A stretch of DNA of 64,000 nt from positions 6,935,339 through 6,999,338 of the forward strand of contig CBDHGC010000004.1 of NCBI GenBank assembly GCA_965262925.1. Direction: 5' to 3'. The stretch's first letter is position 1; the number at the start of each line of letters is the position of its first letter. A model generated the notes under the pieces. That model searched no databases. It saw only the letters and a list, made by a program, of their open reading frames with translations, and had not been told where the DNA came from. This document shows positions 1 through 9,562 of the stretch, in pieces. Source of the stretch: Vicinamibacterales bacterium (GTDB lineage: Bacteria; Acidobacteriota; Vicinamibacteria; Vicinamibacterales; UBA8438). Position numbers and translations under genes: made by a program.

Positions 1-1281
1 CTGGCGTCCGGTCGCGCGGAACTCGAATCCGCAGACATCCAGCGTCACGATCGTCTGACGGTAGCGGTAGTCCGGCATGACCGAAGCGAGGTAGGACCGA
101 GCGACGGTGTCGAACAACTTCTTCTCGTCGCCCGACAGACGGCGCCAGATCTCACCCAGATCGCCGATCCTGTTGACGTTGGGGATGACCGCGTGGTGGC
201 TCTCGCCCTCGAGCCCCTTGTCATGGAAGCTGCCGTTCCGCCCCTTGCGTATTACCGGCGGCGAAGGCACGGGTATCGCGCCGTAGGATTTCCCGGCTTG
301 CAGCCCGGCAACGATCTTCGGCACGTCCGCGAGCGCGCTCTCCGGCAAGTAGCGCACCTCGGCGCGCGGATAGGTGATGATCTTCTTGTCCGCGCCGTCA
401 TAGAGTTCCTGCGCCACTTCCAGGGTCCTGGAAGCCGACCAGCCGAACCGGGCGCTGCACAGCTTCTGCAGCGAGGGCAGGTCGTGGAGCCTGGGCGGGC
501 GTTGCCCCTTGTCCTCGACCCGCACGCCGAGCGGACCCTCGAAGTCCCGCGCCGAGGTCGCGACCGCCTCGGCGTCCGCTCGCTTGAGGATGCGCTCCTT
601 CGGCGCGTGCCGCATCCGGAACGCCCCGGCCCGTGCATGCGCGCCGGCCACGACCTCGAAATACGAGCCCGGAACAAAGTCGCGAATCTCCAGTTCACGC
701 TTGCACGCGATCGCCAGCGTCGGTGTCTTCACCCGGCCGACCCCGATCACGCCGCGCGCACCCCGGCCGACCGTGACGGTTGCGGTGCGGGTCAGCGACA
801 GGTTGTAGATCTGGTCGGCCTGCCGGCGCGCGACGGCGGCGGCGTAGAGGCGGGCATGCTCGCCGTTGGGTCGGGCGCGGCCGAACGCCTCGCGGATGGT
901 TTGTGCGTCCTGCGCAGTGAACAGCACCCGCAGGACCTCGCCGCGATAGCCGCAGTGCTCCAGGATCTCCTGGCCTATCAGCTGCCCCTCGCGGTCGCAA
1001 TCGGTAGCGAGCCAGACCCGCTTGGCAGTGCGCAGCGCCTCGCGAATAGCCTTCAGCTTCGCCGCCTTGTTGCCGCCCGGGGCCGGCTTGGTGCCGTACA
1101 GCCCTTCTGGCCTGAGCAGCACCGCCGCCCAGCGCTTCCAGGCCGGGTTCACATCCTCCGGCTCGCACAGATCGAGCAGATGGCCCTCGGCCGGCAGAAC
1201 GGCGCCGTAGCGGGACCCAACGGCGGCGCGGACATCCTTCGCCTGACTGGATTTCTCGGTGATGACGATCTGATTGGTCAT
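1..1281 (-). CDS. Type IA DNA topoisomerase (topoisomerase III-like), N-terminal 427 aa; the rest lies beyond the window start
   Basis: Not in the ORF track because there is no stop in the window. My translation from ATG 1281-1279 gives MTNQIVITEKSSQAKDVRAAVGSRYGA. A Toprim acidic motif ATDCDREGQLIGQEIL lies at ~965-1020 and GRVKTPTLAIACKRELEIRDF at ~700-745. The listed + ORF 193..1317 is its Arg-rich antisense shadow. Confidence 0.85.
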   Translation of the reverse strand, partial: MTNQIVITEKSSQAKDVRAAVGSRYGAVLPAEGHLLDLCEPEDVNPAWKRWAAVLLRPEGLYGTKPAPGGNKAAKLKAIREALRTAKRVWLATDCDREGQLIGQEILEHCGYRGEVLRVLFTAQDAQTIREAFGRARPNGEHARLYAAAVARRQADQIYNLSLTRTATVTVGRGARGVIGVGRVKTPTLAIACKRELEIRDFVPGSYFEVVAGAHARAGAFRMRHAPKERILKRADAEAVATSARDFEGPLGVRVEDKGQRPPRLHDLPSLQKLCSARFGWSASRTLEVAQELYDGADKKIITYPRAEVRYLPESALADVPKIVAGLQAGKSYGAIPVPSPPVIRKGRNGSFHDKGLEGESHHAVIPNVNRIGDLGEIWRRLSGDEKKLFDTVARSYLASVMPDYRYRQTIVTLDVCGFEFRATGRQ

Positions 1282-1764
1282 GAAACCCGGCCGGGATCGA
1301 TCCGCATCAATCGCTGAAGCGAACATTAAATCAATGTGAACATTCGCGCGCCGCAAGCCGGTCTTCGCCGCCGAGGGCGGCCGCGTTTACAGAGGATCCA
1401 CGTTCAGCCCACATCGGATAGCGCACCGTCGATGGGCGACCAGAAACGGTGCCGCCGGGAGACCTTCGACGTCGCCGATGTGCGCCGCAGCGGCCGGCTG
1501 GTCGACCAGCTCGAACCCTTCACCTGCTCCGCGGATCTGCAGGCCGTTGAACGGCCGCCACCGAGGAGAGCGTGCTCGAAGTCGGCACGGATGATGACGT
1601 CGCCGCTACGGCACGGACACGTCACCGGCGACGCCAACCACACATCCACCGCGAAACGCGTCACCCCCCCGCGTCCAGAGATGTGGTCCGCGCGCTGCTT
1701 CACCGCCGCGGTTGCCGAGGGGTCAGGTCTGGCTCCGGACCGCAACGGGAACCAAGGCCGCAGT

Positions 1765-4227
1765 ATGATTTTCCGTCATGATCGGCAGGCTCGGCGCGTG
1801 ACGCTGCGACGCTTTGCAGCGAGGGATAGTGGCGGCGCAGGGCAACCGTCCCGCGAGTGGATCGGTGGTCTTCTTTCTTCTCCGATGTTCATCCATGGTC
1901 GCGACGAGCCTTACCGCCCCGAATTCGTGGTCTGGATGGAGCTGCCGGACCACCACGTTGTCGGCCATGCCGTCGTCATGCCCGAGGACACCGAGGGCGC
2001 CGTCGCACGCACGCTGCGCAGAGCCCTGACGCAGCCCGCGGCAGGGTCGCCACGCCAGCCCGACGTCATCCGCGTCTCCGACGCCGCCATCGCCGCCGAA
2101 GTGCGCGCCGAGGTGGCAGGAACCATCCCCGTCAAGGTCGCCCCGACGCCGGAGCTCGATGAGTTCCTCAAGCACATGCAGGCGGCGATGCCGGAGGTCG
2201 AGGGCGGCGAAGCGAGCTACTTCGCCGGGGGCCACGTATCGCCCGCCGCGGTCGAGAAGCTCTTCACGGCCGCCTTTTCCCTGTTCGCGATCAAGCCGTG
2301 GAGGGTCGCCGACGACACGCAGGTGCTGCGGATGGACATCCCGGCGCTCGGCGTCGACGGCGCCTGCCTCTCGATCATCGGCCAACTCGACGAGAGCCGC
2401 GGCGTGCTGATCTTCACGTCGCTCGACGATTTCGAGCAGTTCCTCAAGGCCACCGAACCCGACGCCATCGAACACGGGTCGAGCTTGGTGGGCACGGAAC
2501 TGCTCGCATTGACGTTCGAGGCCGCCACGGTCCTGCCGGCATCGATGCGGCGCGAAGCGATGGAGCATGGATGGGCAGTCGCGAGCGCGGACGCCTACCC
2601 GCTGGTGGAGCGCCGCGACCTGGACGGCGCGCCGCGCCCGCTCGTCGAGCGGGACGTCGAGATCGCCACCGCCTGCGCGCTGTCACTCAGTGCGTTCTTC
2701 GCCAAGCAAGCAGCGATCTTCAAGTCGGACACCTTCGCCCCCGTCTGCGAGTCGTACTTCGACGACGACGATCGGGAAGTGCGGTTCACGGTTCCCTACG
2801 AGGCGTTCACGGACTTCGACCTGGCGGAATCGGTCGAACCCGAGTTCGACACCTTCCTGCAACAGCGGGCAGCGGAGCCGTTCCGGCCGCGGGTCGGCCG
2901 AAACACACCCTGTCCGTGCGGCAGCGGGCGCAAGTACAAGAAATGCCACCTGGCGGACGACGAAGCCGAGCACGCCAGACGCCAGGCTACGGCCCAGACG
3001 CACGCGATGGACGAACGGCTCTTGAACCGGTTCTCCCGGTTCGCCCTGCAGGCATTCGGACCGGCGTGGGAAGCGTTCGAAGACGACTTCACCGACCCCG
3101 ATGAGGCGATGCAGCTCGCGCTGCCCTGGTCCGTCTACTGCTTCGAGGTGGAAGGGACGACGGTCGTCGACGCCTACCTTGACGCCCGCGAAAGCCGCTG
3201 CTCGCAGGAAGAACGGAGCCGGCTCGACGCACAACGGGCCGCGTGGCTCTCGGTGTGGGAAGTCGAGGACATCGAGCCGGGAAAGACCTTGACCCTGCAC
3301 GACCTCCTATCCGGCGAGCGGCGCACCGTGCAAGAAACGGGTGGGTCGCAGGTGCTCATTCGTCGTGACGCCTTGCTCGCCCGCGTCGTCGACCACGACG
3401 GCGTCTCGCTGATCTGCGGAACGCACCCGCGCCCGCTGTCCCCTATCTACACGGCCGAGGTCGTCCGGCGCGCGCGGGGCCGCCTGCGCCGTAGGCGGGC
3501 CGTGCCGGTCGAGAGACTCCGGGACGCGGCCTTCGGCCGCCACTTGATCCGGTACTGGGAGGAGACCATCGCCGTCGTCGACGCGCGGGGTGCGACGCCG
3601 CCCGACATCCGCAACCGGGACGGCGACCCCCTGCTGATCACGGTGGACGACTTCGAGGTCATGCCCGGAGCGATGGCGGAGGTCGAAGCCCGTATCGCGG
3701 AGATCGACGATGCGGAAAAGCGGCCCAACGAGGATTCGGCGGCCTACGTGATTCTGCGACCCGACGCTCCGCAGCCGCCGCCGAACGGCGACCCGGATGT
3801 CCTCGGCTGGGTACAGATAGCCCCCACGGTGCTGCAGGTAGGAACCAACTCGCAAGCGCGGGCGGACGCGCTGCGTGAACGGATCGAGGCGGTCTGCGGC
3901 ACTTGCGTCCGCCACCGCGCCCGCAAGCACCTGAATCCGCTCGCGCTCCTGACTAGCCCGGGGAAACCACCGCCGGAGCCGATGACGACCTCCCCCGAAC
4001 AGGCGCGCCGGCTGGCCGAGATGAAGATGCGCCACTACACCACTTGGCTCGACCAGCCGCTGCCGGCGCTCAACCTGAAGACGCCGCGCCAGTGCGTGCA
4101 GACTGCCGCCGGGCGGGCAGAGGTCGACCTGCTGCTGAAGCACATGGAACATCTGGAGCAACGCTTCTCGGACGCGCCGGTCGATTTCTCGACCCTTCGC
4201 CGCGAACTCGGCATCGCGACACGCTGA
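1765..4227 (+). CDS. Large SEC-C metal-binding-motif protein (~820 aa), function unknown
   Basis: Downstream part of ORF 1336..4227. SEC-C motif GRNTPCPCGSGRKYKKCH at ~2900-2950. The composition looks like real coding from MIFRHDRQ (ATG 1765) onward. An alternative later start is MFIHGRDEPY. The start is uncertain. Confidence 0.65.
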   Translation: MIFRHDRQARRVTLRRFAARDSGGAGQPSREWIGGLLSSPMFIHGRDEPYRPEFVVWMELPDHHVVGHAVVMPEDTEGAVARTLRRALTQPAAGSPRQPDVIRVSDAAIAAEVRAEVAGTIPVKVAPTPELDEFLKHMQAAMPEVEGGEASYFAGGHVSPAAVEKLFTAAFSLFAIKPWRVADDTQVLRMDIPALGVDGACLSIIGQLDESRGVLIFTSLDDFEQFLKATEPDAIEHGSSLVGTELLALTFEAATVLPASMRREAMEHGWAVASADAYPLVERRDLDGAPRPLVERDVEIATACALSLSAFFAKQAAIFKSDTFAPVCESYFDDDDREVRFTVPYEAFTDFDLAESVEPEFDTFLQQRAAEPFRPRVGRNTPCPCGSGRKYKKCHLADDEAEHARRQATAQTHAMDERLLNRFSRFALQAFGPAWEAFEDDFTDPDEAMQLALPWSVYCFEVEGTTVVDAYLDARESRCSQEERSRLDAQRAAWLSVWEVEDIEPGKTLTLHDLLSGERRTVQETGGSQVLIRRDALLARVVDHDGVSLICGTHPRPLSPIYTAEVVRRARGRLRRRRAVPVERLRDAAFGRHLIRYWEETIAVVDARGATPPDIRNRDGDPLLITVDDFEVMPGAMAEVEARIAEIDDAEKRPNEDSAAYVILRPDAPQPPPNGDPDVLGWVQIAPTVLQVGTNSQARADALRERIEAVCGTCVRHRARKHLNPLALLTSPGKPPPEPMTTSPEQARRLAEMKMRHYTTWLDQPLPALNLKTPRQCVQTAAGRAEVDLLLKHMEHLEQRFSDAPVDFSTLRRELGIATR

Positions 4228-4742
4228 GATCGCCTTGGCTGTCTGCTCGCTGTTGACCGTGCACGGCACCGGAGTCGAGCTGGTCGAGGTCGACGACGAA
4301 GGCCAGCGATCCGGAACCCGTTCACTGAGCCGGCCAAGTCCGAGGCCGGCCGCCGCGGTACCAGCCGCGATGGCGGTCGCTACGGCGCGCTTCCGCGCGA
4401 GGCTCTCAGGTGATTCGATCCCGGCGGGCGAACGCTCGGCCAGGGCTGGCTGGCGCTGCCGGACCGTCGGCGATCGCGGGCCGCAGCCAGGCGGCGACCA
4501 TTTCGGTCACACGTGACGTCGTCCGCGACCGGCACAGGTCTCACTTGAGCGTCAGGTATCCGGCGGAGGGCCTGTTCAGACGACTCGGCGACCCCGTGTT
4601 CTCGGAATCGCCAGCGGCCTTTCATTTCCGGATTTCACCGCGTGCGCCCAGGAGTCCGCGCCGTGGAACGACGCGGACTCCTGCAGGATTGGTTGGGCGC
4701 CACGCGGAGCCGCCTGGCGACGTATTGGCGCGCTAGGGCCTG

Positions 4743-5506
4743 TTAACACTGCCTCAGCGCGTCGAACATGAGCACGAAGTGGATGAAGCCGATGAACATC
4801 ACATCCAGCTTCTCGAATCGGGAGAAGATCCGGCGATAGCCCTTCAGTCGGCGGAACAGACGCTCGACTTCGTTGCGTCGCTTGTACATCTCCCGGTCGT
4901 ACTCCCACGGGTCCGTCCGGGTCTTGATCGGCGGCACCACTGGTGTGAATCCGAGGTCCAGCGCCAGTTGGCGGGTTTCGTCGCCCTGGTACGCGCGGTC
5001 CATCACCAAGGCCAATTCGGCATCTTGCGGCCCCAGGCTGGTCAGGAGCTTCCGGCCCTCCGGGCCGTCGTGGGCTTGGCCGGGCGAGAGCGCAAACGTC
5101 AATGCCATTCGAGCATCCGCGGCAACCAGATGAATCTTGGTGGTCCACCCGCCGCGGGATTTGCCGATGGCTTGGGGGCCGTTTTTTTTCGAGCCCCCGT
5201 GCCGGCGGGATGGACCTTGACGATGGTGCTGTCCAGCGACACCGCCTCCAACTTGATGCGGATCAACTGGGCGCGTTGCAGGTGTTCGAAGACCCGGTCG
5301 AGCACCCCGTTCTTGGACCAACGATTCATGCGGGTGTAGATCGTGTGCCAGTTCCCAAAGCGCCTCGGCAACCCTCGCCACTTGCACCCCTGCTCGGCGA
5401 CGTACAGGATCGCGTTGAGCACCTGCAGATTGGGCATGCTGACATTGCCACGCTGTCGCGGGAGACAGGACGCGATGGGTGCGTACTGCGTTTCGGTGAG
5501 CTCCAT
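4743..5506 (-). CDS. IS5-family DDE transposase, two frames (orfA/orfB) joined by a probable programmed -1 frameshift
   Basis: orfA is MELTETQYAPIASCLPRQRGNVSMPNLQVLNAILYVAEQGCKWRGLP (from ORF 5099..5545). orfB is GGWTTKIHLVAADARMALTFALSPGQAHD...NEVERLFRRLKGYRRIFSRFEKLD (C-terminal part of ORF 4743..6185). The frames overlap at the A8 run. Confidence 0.8.
5182..5189 (-). promoter_or_regulatory. A8 slippery run, candidate -1 ribosomal frameshift site of the IS5-family transposase
   Basis: T8 on the + strand, so A8 in the mRNA sense, placed exactly where the orfA and orfB frames overlap. This is typical for this IS group. Confidence 0.7.
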
Positions 5507-5548
5507 CCAGGAACGATACCACGATCCGGCCAATAGTGTTAACACGCC

Positions 5549-6166
5549 CTAGTCCGGTAGTCCCTCGTACCCCGGCGGCAACTGTGCCCCGAGGCTGTTC
5601 TGGAACATCGCGAGCTGCGTGTAGTCGCCGACGATCATCACCACCTCTCTCACCTGATCCTCGGTATAGCGCGCGGCCAGCGCGTTCCACGTGGCGTCGC
5701 TGACGAACCGGCTCGTGTGCAGCTCGTCCGCGGCCCGGAGCAGCGTCGCATCGAAGTCGTCCCATCCCGACGCCTCGGGTCCTTCCGTGATCTGGGCGAT
5801 CTGCTCGTCCGTCAGCCCGGCCTCCTTGCCCCTGACGTAGTGCCGGCCCCAGATGTATTCGCCGCGGGACAACCAGGCGGTGCGGAGAATGAGAATCTCC
5901 TTGTCGCGGAACGGAATCGTGTAGTTGTCCACGAAATACACCGTATATTCCCAGTATTTCTCGCAAACGTCGAGACGATTGGGGCACAGCCGACGCATCT
6001 CGCTCCCACCCGGCGTGGCCTCGCCGAGCTCGACCCGCGGGGCCGTGAGGTGGTTGAACGGCTCGACCCGCTTCGCCGCCGAGCTCCCCTGGGCGGCGAC
6101 CAGCGCCGGCACGGCGAGCGCGGCCACAGCAACGGCTACTCCAACGACGGCAATACGTGTCTTCAT
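5549..6166 (-). CDS. Carboxymuconolactone decarboxylase (AhpD-like) family protein with N-terminal signal peptide
   Basis: C-terminal 205 aa of ORF 5549..6805 starting MKTRIAVVGVAVAVAALAVPALVAAQG (ATG 6166). Family-like pattern KEILILRTAWLSRGEYIWGRHY...LTDEQIAQI...VMIVGDYTQLAMFQN. Confidence 0.7.
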   Translation of the reverse strand: MKTRIAVVGVAVAVAALAVPALVAAQGSSAAKRVEPFNHLTAPRVELGEATPGGSEMRRLCPNRLDVCEKYWEYTVYFVDNYTIPFRDKEILILRTAWLSRGEYIWGRHYVRGKEAGLTDEQIAQITEGPEASGWDDFDATLLRAADELHTSRFVSDATWNALAARYTEDQVREVVMIVGDYTQLAMFQNSLGAQLPPGYEGLPD

Positions 6167-6249
6167 GGCAAACCTCCTTCGACATCCTTGTGCAGATCCT
6201 GGAAAACTACCAGACCAAACTCGGATCGGCGATGCGTATTCGATTCGAT

Positions 6250-7225
6250 GTCCTCCCGCGCACCAATGATCGACCAGGGCTTCAAGCGACCTGTCGCGGC
6301 GGTTGACCGCGAGCGCTATCCGTCGGATTCGCCGGCCACCTCCCACAGGTAGGCCGGGTGCCACTGCTGCAGACGGGTCCGCACCCAGCCGATCAGGCTG
6401 ATCAGTTTCTCCACTGAGGAGGTCGATGGCCGCGGTGACGGCCTTGGGCTCCGGGTGCGGGCTGGCCTCCGTGCGGTACCTGGACTTGTCGTGGCGGTAG
6501 CTCAACTGCCGCGGCGACTCGAACCTAGCGCCGAGCACGTCGCTGGGGAAGATCAGGTGCGTCGATTGGGGAATGCCGGTCTTCATCTGCCGGAACGCTT
6601 CGGCGGTGTGCTCCCAGACGCGGTCGGCGGTCAGGATGGTCTTGCCCCACTTCGTCACGCCGTTGGTCATCCTCTGGTCGCGCCAGGTGCCGGCCACCAT
6701 CCCCTTCCGTCTCCCCGTATCCTCGTCGGAGACCCGGCCGGCGCCGCTCAGGATCAGGATGGGGGAACAGGCGCCGTGCGCGATCGTGAAGAGCGCCATG
6801 CCCATCGCGAGGCAACCGCCCCACTGCGCGTTGAACGCCGCAATCTCGCCGGTGACGCGGTAGAAGGCGTCGCAGGCATGCCCATGTGTCCGTCGTGCCG
6901 CCCCCCGTAGGACGACGGGATGCCGGCCTCCGCGAGCGCGTTCTGGATGGCATAGTGCCCGGACAGTGGATGAACGCGGCGAGCCCCTCGGCTTGGCAGC
7001 ACTCGGCGAACACGTTGGCGGCCGTCATCGGCCACGTGCGCTCCGGCAGCGGCGCCGAGCGGGACGGCTCGACTCGGGCGCCAGCCTGATCTCCGGATCG
7101 GGGGCAGCGGCGGCGGCTTCGCCCACGAGAGCCGACGGGCCGGCCGGGGCCACCGCGGCAGCCGCACCCGCGCCCGCCATCTTCAGGAACCGCCGTCTCG
7201 ATATCGCCGTCTTCCTGGTGGTCAC
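6250..7225 (-). pseudogene. Thiamine-diphosphate enzyme N-terminal (PYR) domain with Tat-type signal; at least 3 frameshifts, then truncated
   Basis: Tat motif MTTRKTAISRRRFLKMAGAGAAAA (ORF 7025..7225). MTAANVFAECCQAEGLAAFIHCPG is in a second frame, HYAIQNALAEAGIPSSYGGRHDGHMGMP in a third, and ILILSGAGRVSDEDTG...VTKWGKTILTADRVWEHTAEAFRQMKTGIPQSTHLIFPSDV in the frame of ORF 5549..6805. Confidence 0.55.
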
Positions 7226-7344
7226 GGAACTCCTCCCGCTGCCTCATCGCGCTGGCGTGCCGGCAAGCCTCATTCTCGCATAGCCAATTGCTTCACTCCC
7301 TACCGGTCGATGCGGTACACGCGATTCTCCGCATAGCTCGACAG

Positions 7345-8022
7345 TTAGAGGCTGCCGTCTCCAACCGCGATGCCGGACAGGAACCCGACGGATGTCGCCC
7401 CCCCGATGCTCTTCTGTTCCAGGCTCTGCAGCGTGAGACCGTCTGCCACCAGGGTTGCCGCGCCGGTCTCGGGATCGACCTGCGTTACGCGGCCCGCGTC
7501 TTCTTCGACGACGTACAGCGTGCCGTCGTCGTCCGCCGCGATACCCTCGGGGCCGGCCAAGCCGCCGGCCACCAGGCGGGGCGGCTCCACGCGCTCGCCG
7601 TCGTCGAGAATCTGCAGGAGCGTCCCGCTGCGGTCCGCGACGTACAGGTCGCCGCCATGGACCGCCAGGCCGGCGGGCGCCTCGAGACCACTCGCCAGCA
7701 CGGTGCGCTCATCGGGCGAGGCCGGGTTGAAACGCAGGACGCTGCCCGTCTCGTACTCGCTCACGATGATGTCGCCGCCCAGCGGGAGGGCGTCGACCGC
7801 CTCCTCGAAGCCTTCGAAGCGGGCGACCAGGCGATCGCCGTCCGGATCCCAGATGCTGACGCTGGTGGCGCCGGACAGGAGCAACTGCGCGCCATGCGGG
7901 TGCGCCGACAGCGCCTCGCCCACGTCGGAGCCGACGCCGGGCACCACGTGGACCTCCGCGCCGGTCTCGGGATCCAGCTCCCGCAGCGCGCGTCGGTCGG
8001 CGAGAAACAGCCGCCCCCCGCC
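7345..8022 (-). pseudogene. Beta-propeller (NHL / SMP-30-like repeat) protein, C-terminal fragment only
   Basis: ORF 7345..8229, distal part: repeated GLxxPxGLAV/DGxLYVAD-type blades (LEAPAGLAVHGGDLYVADRSG, LAGPEGIAADDDGTLYVVEEDAGRV). The N-terminal part is replaced by the antisense of the IS256 fragment. Confidence 0.5.
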
Positions 8023-8039
8023 CCCCGCCCTCGGCCGCC

Positions 8040-8702
8040 GGCAGCCAGGCCAGGCCGCCCGGGAAGCCGACGCCGCCCGCAACCGGACCGGACGTTGCTG
8101 TTCGTCATCGATGGCGCTCAGGGGCTGCGCCGGGCCATCACCGATGTCTTCGGTTCTCGCGGCGTGGTGCAACGCTGCCAAGTCCACAAGTGGAGGAACG
8201 TAATCGGCCATCTGCCCGAGCGGCTGCACGCCTCTGTCGGCAAGGCGTTGCGGGATGCGTGGAACCTCGATTCGGCGGACCGCGCGGCGCAGGTGCTGGC
8301 GCGGCTGGCCGGGTCGCTGGAGCGCGACACCACCACGGCGCGGCGGCGTCGATCCGAGAGGGACTGGACGAGACGCTGACCGTGCAGCGCCTCGGTCTGA
8401 CGGGGGCGCTGCAACGTACGCTGCGCACGACGAACATCATCGAGAACCTGAACGGCAGCGTCGAGCGCTACACGCGCAACGTCAAGCGGTGGCGCGGCGG
8501 CCAGATGATTCAACGCTGGGTGGCGAGCGCGCTTGTGGAGGCCGAGAAGCACTTCCGGCGGGTCCGGGGCTACCGTAATCTGCAGCACTTGGTCGGCGCC
8601 CTGGACGCGCTGGCTCCGCCCGACGGCGTGGTTGCCGACGTGGCGTAACATAGACGACTTCGTAGAGGAGACAGGGAGTCCGCCACCGGAAGTTCAACAA
8701 CG
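8040..8702 (+). mobile_element. IS256-family element, 3' fragment (transposase C-terminal third, frameshifted) with its right end
   Basis: RTLLFVIDGAQGLRRAITDVFGSRGVVQRCQVHKWRNVIGHLP (ORF 7288..8379), then AAASIREGLDETLTVQRLGL...TTNIIENLNGSVERYTRNVKRWRGGQM (ORF 8190..8648). The frame changes at ~8325-8345. The end sequence GTCCGCCACCGGAAGTTCAAC (~8678-8700) resembles the IR of the full IS256-like copy at 23608. Confidence 0.7.
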
Positions 8703-8780
8703 AACGGGACCAACCCCTGATCGGGCGTTTGTTCGACCGCTGGGGGCGTCTGACGCGCGCCTGGGGGTTCAAATGGACAC

Positions 8781-8862
8781 CGACGGCGCTCGTCGGCTCA
8801 ATCGCTCATCGCCAAGCTGCCTGAACAGCGGGGCTCAGCGAACAGACTTCTTCCACGGGCTG
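8781..8862. repeat. Dispersed ~82-bp repeat, copy 1 (partner at 63009..63091)
   Basis: cgacggcgctcgtcggctcaatcgctcatcgcc..aagctgcctgaa...ctcagc.aacagacttcttccacgggctg is shared in direct orientation. It differs by one indel and a ~8-nt divergent patch. It contains the small hairpin CCGACG-gcgc-TCGTCGG. Confidence 0.85.
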
Positions 8863-9228
8863 CTATGTCTGGCCGCGCACGTACCACAGCACAAGCATCT
8901 CCACCAATTGCTCCCGTTGCCGCGTGTTGCTTGTCCGAGCCTCCGCCAACCCTTCGAATCTCTCCTTCGCGACGCCCACGCGTGCATCAACTTCTTCCCG
9001 AAGAATCTCCGCACCGCCACCATCTGGAACCTTCACGTCTCCGACGACACCTAGTTCCGCGAGCCGCCGCACAAGCCGCGCCTGCTCCGTCGTCCCACAA
9101 TTCACTCTCTCCCTTCGACTCTGACCAAAGTAAACAGTGCTGTCCGGAAACAGGGGATTCTCCCAAAGAACTGCCGGGCGCTCCGACGGAATACGAATCC
9201 ATGCCTCTGACTCGGGGCGCTCCGACAC
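8863..9228 (-). CDS. Hypothetical protein (121 aa) in a lower-GC patch
   Basis: ORF track only. There is no motif I recognise. The stop codon abuts the dispersed repeat. Confidence 0.3.
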   Translation of the reverse strand: MSERPESEAWIRIPSERPAVLWENPLFPDSTVYFGQSRRERVNCGTTEQARLVRRLAELGVVGDVKVPDGGGAEILREEVDARVGVAKERFEGLAEARTSNTRQREQLVEMLVLWYVRGQT

Positions 9229-9562
9229 CCACTCAACGACCGTTGGCTCGCCATCAATCCCCGCCAGAGTCCAAATGTCCGTTGCTAGTTCCGCAAGACT
9301 ATATCGTCCCGCTCTACCACCTCTTCTTTGTTTTGCCGTATTCGTTTAGCGGGTGATTCCTCAACAAATACGGGCAGAAATAGCAGAAATGGGTTGGGGA
9401 CTCTTGAAGTCCCGAACGGCAACGGAGCTGTGAACTGCATCGGTTCTATTGGTGCTTTACCCCTGCGCGTGACGATACCTGCTTGGGTCGGTCGCAGTTG
9501 AAGCGACCGTCTCGGGGTTGCCGGTCTTCACGTCTCTCGCGAGGGTGCGATGCCGCCCACCC

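Larger units (their letters stand above)
4736..5549 (-). mobile_element. IS5-family insertion sequence (IS427/IS1031-like group), 814 bp
   Basis: Terminal inverted repeats GGGCCTGTTAACACTGCC (4736->) and GGGCGTGTTAACACTATTGG (5549<-). TA is duplicated on both flanks (4734-4735, 5550-5551) inside a CTAG target. The two-frame transposase lies inside. Confidence 0.85.

Noticed and set aside
193-1317. 374-aa + strand ORF
   Set aside because: It is Arg/Ala/Gly-rich with no motifs. It lies exactly antisense to a topoisomerase with clear Toprim motifs. This is the typical high-GC shadow ORF.
1404-1745. 113-aa minus ORF between the topoisomerase and SEC-C genes
   Set aside because: It has no motif or start context and overlaps the probable divergent promoter region. 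It is not supportable.
4651-4681. 10-bp stem hairpin GGAGTCCGCG...CGCGGACTCC as a terminator
   Set aside because: There is no U-tract and no clearly ending gene upstream. It could be chance in GC-rich DNA.
4743-6185. 480-aa minus ORF
   Set aside because: It is a chimeric read-through. Only its C-terminal ~150 aa (transposase orfB) are real. The upstream part overlaps the CMD-family gene in another frame.
9400-9562. Attempt to define the IS66 inverted repeats (e.g. GCTTTAC at 9464-9470)
   Set aside because: The orientation is wrong for the low-coordinate end and no matching repeat was found near 11000-11260. The element boundaries are left undefined.
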